NCBI GenBank assembly: GCA_964016885.1 | Contig: OZ024741.1 | Span: 178,436,001 to 178,500,000 of the forward strand | Direction of reading: 5' to 3' | Length of the DNA: 64,000 nucleotides | DNA from: Eledone cirrhosa | Lineage: Eukaryota | In this document: piece by piece, positions 53,000 through 64,000 of the stretch | Numbering within the stretch: the stretch's first letter is position 1 | How the letters are laid out: each line of letters begins with the position of its first letter | The notes under the pieces: generated by a model | Seen by the model: only the letters and a program-made list of their open reading frames with translations | Database searches by the model: none | Told to the model about the DNA's origin: nothing | Made by a program: the position numbers and the translations under genes

Positions 53000-54600
53000 G
53001 GCACTTATGGCTTCTCTTGTATATTCATTTTATCAAATTACTTTCCAGTCTTTTGATAACTGGATGTACGCATGTAATTGATACACAAAGGGTGCTCCTG
53101 TTTATGGGATATCCAAATAATTTATTGATATATTGAAAAGCAAAATCCAGATGCATATACACAGAGACAATCAGTTAGATTATTTTCCATATAATGAAGA
53201 TACGTAATTTATTATAGCAATTTTACGTAATTTATTATGGCAATTTTACGTAATTTATTATGGCAATTTTCCGCTAATTAATCGTCCAGAATTACCATTA
53301 GGCGTTTCTATCGTATTTTAGATATTCTAGATATTAAGCTATGTCCTAAAAGGGTTAGCATTGTTTCTGGTTAAGCGGGAAATGTGTGTAATAAATCGAT
53401 ATATGATATAACATTGACGTAACGTAGTATATTTAATTTCGATACAAAAACCTATATTGCCATTTACTGTACATTGATTGACAGGCAAGATCCATTTCAG
53501 GATAGTATATTCCTTATCTATAATATAATCATCACACCAATTTAATGTTTCGCTATGCACATGTAAATATTGTTAATCCTTTTATAAATACTAAATGTAA
53601 TTCACTAAATATCCATGCAGGATTAATAAAGCCTTATTCCCCTTGTCTTTAAGAGAGAACTTCAATTATCGCGCATCTTCCATATTGCAACTAATGTGCA
53701 TCTACAGATTCCTTCATTATATTCTGATCTTATCAAATCTAGTCTCCAAAGATGTTAGTATTCAAACTACGGTTTCCGGTGATTAAAAGACATTAAAATG
53801 CTCCAATGCCAGAAATGCTAATGACAAACAATGACTCGTAATCTCTTAACTCCATAATGTGTTGATCTTGACATTTGTACGAAAATCCCATTCAAATATT
53901 ATACAATTTATGATAACCTCTTCTAACCTGGCACGACTGAAAATATTGTTACGAAATAATTTGCTGACTAAAGACACTACATGATTAAATCTAACGTATT
54001 TATAATCCTGATAGATATCATGTTTTCGTATTTCTTTCCTCAGAATGAAAGTTAAAGATCAGGCCATCTAATATACATTTTGATAAAGAGCATCTCGATT
54101 ATATCTCTGAATTTATTTCTAAGTAAGGTAAGTTACGTGGTAAAATTAAGGATACCGATACATTTTTACATACATTGTAATCACTTTTAAACTGAATGTC
54201 TTCGTTTTTTCATCATATAACATATATCTGATTTTCACTTGCTTCTAGCTATACTACCAGTTATAAATATGATATATATTCCACTATTTATCAAAAATAC
54301 GCGTTATTTAAATTAATGAATGAAGACATTTTAGAGAATTAGTAAGATTATTAATTCATTCATTATTACGTTATTAACTTAAAAAAGGGTTCTAATATCA
54401 AATTATGTTCGAAGATTTTTAGTCGAAATAAGATCTCTATAAATTGGGTGGTTTTGTTTCATAGAATCGACGCCAATTTTGGCTGGATTGTTATTAAATG
54501 GGTGACGAAGTAATACACCGAAATAGATTCTGTATTGTGTGCAGTAGTAGTAATAAAAGGTAACAATTCTAATAAGTTGTCCAACTCTTTTTTATGACAG
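53000..54600 (+). pseudogene. Decayed LDLa + LRR gene relic (GRL101/RXFP-like ectodomain architecture)
   Basis: Y*KAKSRCIY + DNQLDYFPYNED (LDLa-like, 53131-53201); CPK....SG*AGNVCN (LRR N-cap-like, 53342); LYENPIQIL (53875) and SNLARLKILLRNNLLTK (53922) (LRR-like). Many stops. Confidence 0.4.
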
Positions 54601-55036
54601 GATGTAGCTGAATGAGAGATTTCAAAACTTCACGGATTACCGCACACTGTGGGGCATATTTCCAGGCTAAAAGCCATACCTTTGCTATCGTCTGGTACTG
54701 ACCTGGACAGCAGCTGTCTGCGCATCGGTGTTTCCCTAATTCTTGGCTTCCGGATTTGCAAACAGAATAAACACCACTGTCTTTCGACTGTGGATGCTCT
54801 CACACCTTCATTCACTGTCATGCCGTCACAATGCCAGTAGATTCATACGCTATGACCGCGCTCCACTAGAGGATGAAGAATAATTTGGACGCCGCCGGCT
54901 TTTCTTCACAGCTCAAATCATTAGGGTTAGACCTAGGGTACGGCAAAGAGCAGTTGGAAACTCCTTATTTTGGATAGCGCTTCCTAAACCACCATTTATC
55001 ATATCCAACAATTCCTCAAACAAACTTAAACACTTT

Positions 55037-55118
<82 letters not shown>

Positions 55119-55148
55119 AAAGAATAGAGGTGTAACACACAAGTTATT

Positions 55149-55431
55149 ATATATTGGTAAACTGAATAGAAAATGCTGACAAATTGTTCACAGTGAAAAA
55201 TAGTTTAATTAGGAATAAGTGAGAATTAGTAATTGTATTGGTTAGTATTCAGTTTTGGTTTTAAGTTTTACCGGTTGCGCATTTCTAATGCTTTTCAAAA
55301 ATAATTTTGAGATAGAGCGTCCGTGATGTTTGAAAACTGAATACTAACCAATACAATTACTAATTCTCACTTATTCCTAATTAAACTATTTTTCACTGTG
55401 AACAATTTGTCAGCATTTTCTATTCCGTTTA

Positions 55432-55440
<9 letters not shown>
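55149..55440. repeat. Fold-back pLTR fragment with variant hammerhead
   Basis: 55149-55256 is inverted at 55333-55440. The spacer holds the U3-A8/GCAA motif on the - strand (55266-55301). Confidence 0.85.
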
Positions 55441-55462
<22 letters not shown>

Positions 55463-55468
<6 letters not shown>

Positions 55469-55796
55469 GGCCACTAGTATTCGCGGGGGTTACGTTCCTA
55501 TAGCACCTACAAAGAGTGAAAAACCGCGAATATTGCACGTGATCTACAAACATGCCTATAAATATCATACCATAACGTAAAATATAGGCCAGCAAATACG
55601 GTATATTGTTATAAATAATTTAGCATTAAAAGGTATAAAAACGAATATATTTTCACAAAAAAAAGCCAATAAAAGATTCCGGAAGATATTTACGATTCCG
55701 CGAATATGCGGTGGTTTCCACGAACAAATTTTAGTTAGGTACCTAGGGAAAATTGCGCGAATAGCCGGGACCACGAATGCCAGTGGTACAGTGTAT
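55463..55796. mobile_element. pogo/Tigger-like MITE
   Basis: Imperfect TIRs (tagttggccactagtattcgcgg / ccacgaatgccagtggtacagtg), sub-terminal cgcgaata motifs and TA flanks. Confidence 0.6.
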
Positions 55797-55969
55797 ATAT
55801 ATATTTATATACCAACTGTGCTGCAAAGTTAATTATAACAATACATTATTAATATGTTGGGTCTATATGTAACAGATCGCTCTTCGGAAAATCTTGACAC
55901 TGCACATATACATATATATATCTATGTGTGTGTGTGTGTGTGTCTGTAGACAAATATTTATATACACTT

Positions 55970-56000
<31 letters not shown>

Positions 56001-56471
56001 GTAAGGGTTAGGGTTATTGTAGTATTGCCATAACTACACCAGAGTCGGGCAAGATCGATACAGATCGAACCTTGAGCCGATCAATAGCGAAACGCACGTC
56101 AACAATTAAAAAACGTAATGATGGTTTAACCAATCGTCATTGTATTATTATATATATATATATATATATTTATGTGTGTGTGTTTGTGTGTGTTTGTGTT
56201 TGTGCGTGTATGTGTGTGTGTGTTTGTGCGTGTGTGTGTATTCGTTAACATTACAACATCTTCCCTATTTTCCTCACGTATATACTCACTATACGCACAC
56301 ATATTTAAGAATCGACAAAAAATGATATGCAAACTAAAAACAAGTATTGAAGCGAATCATTTTTTATTCATGAGATAATCAATATAGGAAATTGAATGTA
56401 ATCCATTTATACATGTGTATGTGCGTGAATATATAAATATATATATGTGTGTGTGCGCGCGTGTGTGTGTA

Positions 56472-56517
<46 letters not shown>

Positions 56518-56694
56518 GGTGTATGTGTGTGTGTGTGGGGGGGGGGTTGTGTGTGTGTGTAAATGCATTATGATGTATGCATTGTGAAATGTGCACAGAA
56601 AACAGTTGAAATTTAGTATAAATCAATTCATGTTATGTAACATACATGTCTGGATATTTGCGGATATATGTGTATGAACACGCGTCTGTGTATA

Positions 56695-56771
<77 letters not shown>

Positions 56772-56872
56772 GTATATGAACACTGACTGCGTAATATATG
56801 GTTATCTGTCTTCCTGTCTATTTCTGTATGTATCAAACATACACACACTCACACATACACACACACACAGAT

Positions 56873-56954
<82 letters not shown>

Positions 56955-56997
56955 TTATATATATATCTATATATATATATATATATATACATATATT

Positions 56998-57031
<34 letters not shown>

Positions 57032-57032
57032 C

Positions 57033-57070
<38 letters not shown>

Positions 57071-58113
57071 TTTGAGGATGTGTAGACGTTTGTGTTTGTA
57101 CGTGAGTGTATGCCTGTATTTCTGTGTATGTGAATGTGTGTACGTGTGTGAATGTCTACCTGTATGTGTGTGTGTTTGTGCTACGGTTACATATACACGA
57201 ATTATATTCTGGTAGAGTTGAGAGAATCGACTGCAATAGCTTAAGGGTAGATTTTTTTGTCTAATATTTTTCTTTGGCGAGGAAAGGTGGTGGAGAGGTT
57301 TATATGCTTTCCATGTCGGGTTTTCCTATGATTAAATATCGACCACGAATAGGCCATTTGATAAGATACTGGGACAAATTGAAACCCATTGATTTGTTTA
57401 CTGTATATTATACAATATTTGGTATGAATTATTTATATTTTATTCACCAAGAGAACAAGTGGTTATAAGGCCACTTCTGGATCGCCTAAAACTGGTTAAT
57501 TGGGTTGTATACCCGGTTTTCTTGCCGATTTTCCTGTTATTGAAAGATATCAGTGCATGACAAAGTTGATAATATCCTGACACAAAACAAAACTTGCTGA
57601 TTGGATTATAGTATATTGTCACTGTAGTTATTTCGCTGTCAACTATTTGGTTTCACTCCTTTACTATTTTAGTCAGCGAGGGATGAATGGTTTCCATATA
57701 CACTTTTCATTCCCCTGGAACTAACTGAATAATGTTGGTCTTTTCCCTGGCATCTATATACGCTTTTCATTCCCCTGGACCTAATTGAATAAGGTTGGTC
57801 TTTTCCTGGCATTGCACCAGCAAGCCTGAGATCTAGAAAAAGCGCGTGCATTGCGCTGGGTTCACTCCTCAGTCAAGCTCTGGAAATAACTATGATTTCG
57901 AAACAATAAGGTTATGAGCTGACACACTTAGGATACCTTTTCGTCAATATGCCTGTAATATACGTTGTGTTATGTCCCAATGTGCACTGGAATGAACGGT
58001 ATCAGTTTAATGTATTAAAATCTTAGTGATCTCCAGAGTTTGACTAAGGAGATGTGACTGTCCGTTTTTCAATTGTTTTTACCATTGAGTTTGTCCTGTG
58101 CAACCCTATGGTG

Positions 58114-58195
<82 letters not shown>

Positions 58196-58543
58196 ACATT
58201 TACATGTTAAATGTATGTTTGTATAAAAACAGAATAGAGGTAACCGTGAACGCGTAAATGTAAATATATATAAATTCAAACGTTTTTAGGATATAGATAC
58301 GTTAACATGCTTAGAACGTATTTCCCGTACAGTGAAAAATGATAAATACTTTCAAGAAGGCAAGTATGCCAGGTAAAGAGCCACAAGTAAATGCGAAATG
58401 GAGGGACTTATACATCCTGCCATTTATAGTAGTATACTACAATGCATTGAAACTTAATGAAACGCTGAACGACTCTATACATAACCGTCGAATTGTTTCT
58501 GAAAATAGATTGTTTTTATATATATCTTGATGTATCCATCTTG

Positions 58544-58591
<48 letters not shown>

Positions 58592-59193
58592 TAGAAAACG
58601 TAAGAGCACCACAAACATAAGGACTATTCCCGCCCTTTGGCTGTCTGCTGATGTTTCGACGCATTAAAGACAGTACATCTCACCACAGTGCCGTAATAAC
58701 GAAGACAAATAGTCATTAGGGAAGAAAACAAAACAAAAAGAAAACAAAAACAAAACAGAGACGATAGCGAAGAGAACGACAGAAAAAGAAAATAAACAGA
58801 AGAAAAACATACCGATAAAGAGGGGGAGACACGAGACAGTAGTATACGAGACAGTAGTAAGTTGCAGTAACCAATGAAAGAGCGAGAGTAGTTAAAAAAG
58901 AGACCGAACGTAAGCCCTGAATATGTATTAACAACACGAAAGAGAGCGAAGAGAAAATCTTAGCGAGAACAGACGCAAAGAAGGAGCGACAAAGGAAAAC
59001 GGAAGTGAGGGGGGGGGGAGAGTGGTAAGGGAGCAGAGAGAGGGGGAGAAAGGACATAGATGTTAAGAGAGAATAAGTGAGAGAGAGAAAAAGGGAGAGA
59101 ACGAAAGAGGGAGAAAGGAGGAAGAAAAAGGGTTCATCCAAAATGGCAGAACTTAACTCCAAAACCAGAATTATCAACAATAGGGAGAATAGA

Positions 59194-60184
59194 CTCTGTT
59201 GCTCTCACCTTCTTTCGCCCCCTCTGTCAGTTACACTTCCTCTCGACTGACCTCTTCCTCGCACTTCCACTCACTCACGCTGTTTCTCCCCTTCTCACTT
59301 CCTCCCGTTTGGCTAGTAGTGGGTTCTTTTCTTGCTCACATCTCACTCACGTCGGACGGTCTGAATCTTGATCGCTCATGAAATCCATCCAGCTTATGCT
59401 GACCAGATAACCATGTTGCTTGTTTATTCCCATCTTTGAGTTGCTTTCATCCTTCTATGTTGTTTACTTGTCTCACTCGCTTTACGCGATTTACTTGTCC
59501 CAATAGCTTTTTTTAGTTATTACTCGCACCAACCTGAGGTATATGATTTTTAATGCGACGAAATATCAATGATCGTTGGCAAATCACTGACGAAGGACTA
59601 TTTTTATCATATGTAACCCATGTGCAACCACGCAGTATTCTTCTTTCTTCTCATGTTTTTTATATATATTTACCTCGGCTGCGTTTGTCTGTTTCTCTCT
59701 TACTGCTTCCCCGTTCTCTCTGTTGCTGTCACCTTCTTTCGCCCCCTCTGTCAGTTATACGTTCTCTCGACTGACCTCTTCCTCGCACTTCCACCCACTC
59801 ACGCTCTGTTTCTCCCCTTCTCACTTCCTCCCGTTTGGCTAGTAGTGGGTTCTTTTCTTGCTCACATCTCACTCACGTCGGACGGTCTGTATCTTGATCG
59901 CATATGAAATCAACCCAGCTTATGCTGACCAGATAACCATGTTGCTTGTTTATTCCCAGCTTTGAGTTGCTTTCATCCTTCTATGTTGTTTACTTGTCTC
60001 ACTCGCTTTACGCGATTTACTTGTCCCAATAGCTTTTTTTAGTTATTGCTCGCACCAACCTGAGGTATATGATTTTTAATGCGACGAAATATCAATGATG
60101 GTTGGTAAATCACTGACGAAGGACTAATTTTATCATATGTAACCCATGTGCAACCACGCAGTATTCTTCTTTCTTCTCATGTTT

Positions 60185-60185
<1 letters not shown>
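59194..60185 (+). repeat. Tandem duplication with a unit of about 525 bp (pLTR-like)
   Basis: 59194-59660 is similar to 59718-60185. Each unit has a damaged hammerhead-like motif (ccaac CTGAGG..GAAA..gttgg) and CTGACGAaggact. Confidence 0.85.
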
Positions 60186-60249
<64 letters not shown>

Positions 60250-60266
60250 TTACAACATCCATCTTG

Positions 60267-60302
<36 letters not shown>

Positions 60303-60684
60303 GAACGTTCGATTGGGAGTGCGTGTGTACGTTTAGTAATTACTACTTGCTCTATAGCATACGGCGTGGTGTCTGTTGGATTACATTTGAACATTTAATA
60401 CCTGGCACAAAACAAAGTATCGTAACAAATCACTTTTGAAACAATTCACTCATGTATTTTGATGTTTCTGTGCTTGTACGTGTGTATGTGTGTTGTCTAA
60501 GCGTATATATATATGTGTGTGTATGTGTGTGCGTAAATATATATGTATATATATATATATATGTGTGTGTGTATACAGAAGGTAAACAGATATAACAAAG
60601 CAAACAACACAGTAAAATGAAGAATTATATCAGTTAAACGCTTATATATATATGTATGTATGTTTTGTATGTATGTATGTATGT

Positions 60685-61290
60685 CAGGTCACTAGTTGGT
60701 GCTACTGGTAACATGTATCCCAGTACAACCTGTCTCATGGTCGGGTCGTTGGCGACTAAACTGGCAACCTCACTAAGGTTTCTTGGTGAGGAGGGTGACT
60801 TTGGACATCCTGCAGGACTAAAAACAAAACCTGTCAAAGTGCAAAGGAGCTCTTAAGAGTCAATGGCCATCCAAAATCACCGGGAGAGATGACCCCTTAG
60901 CCTTTGTCAAGGCAGAATTCTAGGAGAAGGAAAGCTCTGATATAACACCTGCAACCCTGATGGTATCCAATGATGTTGACTTGTTCTTCTTTTTGGTAAA
61001 TATCATCTTGGTTAAGAGAGTGGGACTGGCTTTGTGCAGTGCCTTTGCTCACTATAAGAGCTTCACGGCACAGGCATTGCTTTATATCTGGAGATCTCTC
61101 TGCACTTGTCGTCACATGGTACCATGGGCCCAGCACTATGTGTCAATAATTGTCACAAGTGTAGTGTTTGTACCAGAGTTTTCAAGTCCCTGGCTGGACT
61201 AAAAAGTCACACTCGTTCAGCGCATCGGTAGGGGTTCTCCTACATGGATATGAAGTAGTGGCCGTACTCGAAAAGGCGTTGGCAGCCACC
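60685..61290 (+). mobile_element. Non-coding bipartite retroelement of about 605 bp, copy 2
   Basis: Same boundaries as 38209-38814. Embedded in (ATGT)n. Confidence 0.75.
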
Positions 61291-61544
61291 ATGTATGTAT
61301 GGTATGTATATGTCTGTGTGTCTGTATCCAAGATTGTATTAAGATAACTATCATTGTAATTTTTATTCACTATTGAATAAATAATACATATCAGATATGG
61401 ACAATATTTATTCATAGAAACTGCACTAAGATATGCTCCATAAATTTGACCCGTACAATTGTAATAAATTCAATATATATTTATGATATACTGGCTTGAA
61501 TATAATACGAGGGAGATTTTGATACAGGTAATAAATTACACACA

Positions 61545-62861
61545 GATAAATGAATATGGATATGACTTATGTATGTCGATTATATATTTTCTACTTTGCT
61601 TGTTTGTGGTTTCAGTATTTACTTTCGCTAGATTGATTAACAAAGAAAAATAAAACACTTGAAATGCCTTTTTTAGCTGCAAAGCTGCGGAATGTTCTAA
61701 TTCGTTGTTATATCCTATCCCTATTTCGACATATTTCACTAGCTTTCCACTTTACACTATTATTCACGAAAGTGATGTAGCTATATTTTGAAAAGATAAA
61801 CTTTCGATCTGAGAAAAGTGAAAGCAATAAATCGGTTGCAGGTCGTATTGGTTGCTATTCATGAATATGCCCAAATATAGTTACTGCAATCTTTACAGGA
61901 ATTAATCGACCCTTATCTAGTATATGTGAAGCAATCTGACCGGGTAACATCATCAGTTTTAACATCAGATATAGCAGCAATATTAGTAGTAGCTTCAAGC
62001 TGACACTATAAACTCAGATATATATTATATTTATATATCTTAATAACTTAAGTCGGGGATATCCATAATAAAATTGTGCTTTTGTCTAAATATTGCATAT
62101 TCTAGAGTATTTGGTTGTGTGTATCACATAATGTTTTTGTTAGTGTTATTTGAAATATTAGGCGTCTAGCATTTCGACCGTGAATTATGTTGATCAAGTA
62201 AAAATATTTCTATGCAATGTATAGATAAAAATACAGCAGGACTTCCAGTGAAGAAATCAAATGGTTGTGTGGGTTTTGTCTGATTCAATAGAAGCTGTAG
62301 AAACGATACATTGCTATGCCAAATTCCTTGTAGTACTTATACTCCACCTTTTAATCCAACCGAGTAAATACTACGATTTCTACACGATGAAAGCAATAAA
62401 AATTAATGGTTTCTTTATATTAATCCCAGCAAACAGTTATAATAAAATACGTATACGGTTATTGACCCGCCAGCAGCGACCATCCCAACTTTATTTTCAA
62501 ATATAGTATATCTAGTACTATATTGTCACTCAGTTCTCCACAATTAATATCGTAGGGTATATTCTGACAGACGATTTGGCTTTTGTTTCTCATGTAGAAA
62601 ACAAGGCAGAATTGATTTTCTCAATATGACTGCGACTCTGATTATATATCTTTGCAAAGTAATAATTTCGTTTCTGCTTCATATCAGAATTCAGATAGAC
62701 ATTGAACAGGATAGATGACGCTCAACACCAAAATTAGCAAAATAACAACAACCAGTGAATTAAATTGTTCCATTAGTTAAACATTGATGGTGACTTTTTA
62801 ATTTTTACTTCTGATAAATTATATTTTTCTATAGAATCATTTTCTATTTTGTGAATACTAT
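61545..62861 (+). pseudogene. iGluR-like M1-M2-M3-S2-M4 relic
   Basis: M1 IWI*LMYVDYIFSTLLVCGFS; SNSLLY; TIIHESDV; KSVAGRI; S2 VLSDSIEAVETIHCYA and GFFILIPANS; QLIS*GIF*QTIW; M4 LNIDGDFLIF and FCEYY. All occur in the expected order. Confidence 0.65.
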
Positions 62862-63573
62862 TAGCGAACGCTCTTTCAAACACTTTTTTTTATTTCAAAT
62901 ATTTTGTGAAAACAAAGTTTCTTTTTTTTACATACAAAATATGTATGGTTATTCTGTTGATATACTGTTTTCTTTTTTATTTTTTTTAACCTTTACACTA
63001 CGGTTCTGAAACACGAAAGCAAAGCGAACCAAATTCATCAAATTTCATATGCGGCTGCGATAGATGTCTCCTCACAAATGAATCAATTATTTCTTGTTTT
63101 ATCCAAGATAAACTATAATCGATCTCACCCTATTATCAAGCTGTTTCAGTCATGATTATCCTGTCCTTCTCAGGTATTTTTCTTGGAATATATTATACAA
63201 TAGAATCGTACTTGTACGTGGTATGATGTGAGCGAGGTTTACTTGTTATTACTAGCATGTCTAGAGATACGTAAGTATCAAGTAATATTATGTGCAGGAT
63301 CAGATGATCTGTAATTATTCTTCTGCAAAAAGTGATTTTGTGCAGAATCAATAGAAACATTTGTGTATTCTTCTCTAGGCGAGAGTTCTATTTGATCGAT
63401 TGTGAACCAATATCGATTCGCAATTAGAATAATTTTACTTACGTCACTATTGCTATTTGAAAAGCATGAGTATATGGATTGTATTATTTATTTTATTTTT
63501 ATTTTCAGGTGATGGCAATAGAAATTCAAAATGATCTCTTTTTGTATCTCTCACTCCTTCTTCCGATTCTCTG

Positions 63574-63736
<163 letters not shown>

Positions 63737-63789
63737 ATGTGTGTGTGTGCGTGTATGTGTGTTTTTATAATTTCGTTTTTGCTTCATAT

Positions 63790-64000
63790 CAGAAGAGTTA
63801 GAATGTCTCAGTATAGAATCGCTGGACCGATGTTACGGACAAAACCAACCGGTAGGAGACCCAGGGTTAGATACAGGCAACCTTATTGGATAATATCCAT
63901 GAGCTTGGGTGGTCATGCTTGGGGATCCAGCCGGATAAGTTGGAGATGAGACGGTTGCTTCTGAGAGGACCCACTGGAAGGAGTGTTGGAGAACTGTTCC
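63790..64000 (+). mobile_element. RTE-type LINE 3' fragment (same family as 22590-23310)
   Basis: VRMSQYRIAGPMLRTKPTGRRPRVR, similar to 23115-23240. Confidence 0.7.

Noticed and set aside
58716-59180. 154-aa hydrophobic ORF on the - strand (also 17764-18036 and 51306-51581)
   Set aside because: Low-complexity purine/pyrimidine or (GTT)n-biased sequence with no recognisable domain.

Overview
AT-rich, microsatellite-dense eukaryotic DNA. The tRNA-derived SINE with a Nin/Deu-like core and the heavy (TA)n/(CA)n load suggest a coleoid cephalopod, probably Octopus (inference). I found no intact host gene, and most ORFs in the track are microsatellite artefacts. Three layers can be read by hand. 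(1) A heavily decayed ionotropic glutamate receptor/IR-type gene lies on the + strand. Its exon relics are still in order (ATD 0.3-20 kb, S1 about 40 kb, M1-M3/S2/M4 61.5-62.9 kb), and a second decayed LDLa+LRR gene sits in its largest intron. (2) There are many Penelope-like element (PLE) remnants: four GIY-YIG remnants, pLTRs and fold-back duplications. These carry about 25 type-I hammerhead ribozyme motifs on both strands, 16 with an intact canonical core. Two unrelated families have a compensatory U3-A8 core. (3) Other transposable elements include RTE-type LINE fragments (one with a twin-priming inversion), a non-autonomous Helitron, a mariner relic, a pogo/Tigger-like MITE, many SINEs, a head-to-head SINE hairpin of about 430 bp, and a bipartite element of about 605 bp present twice. 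All calls come from manual reading and translation; no database search or folding program was run.
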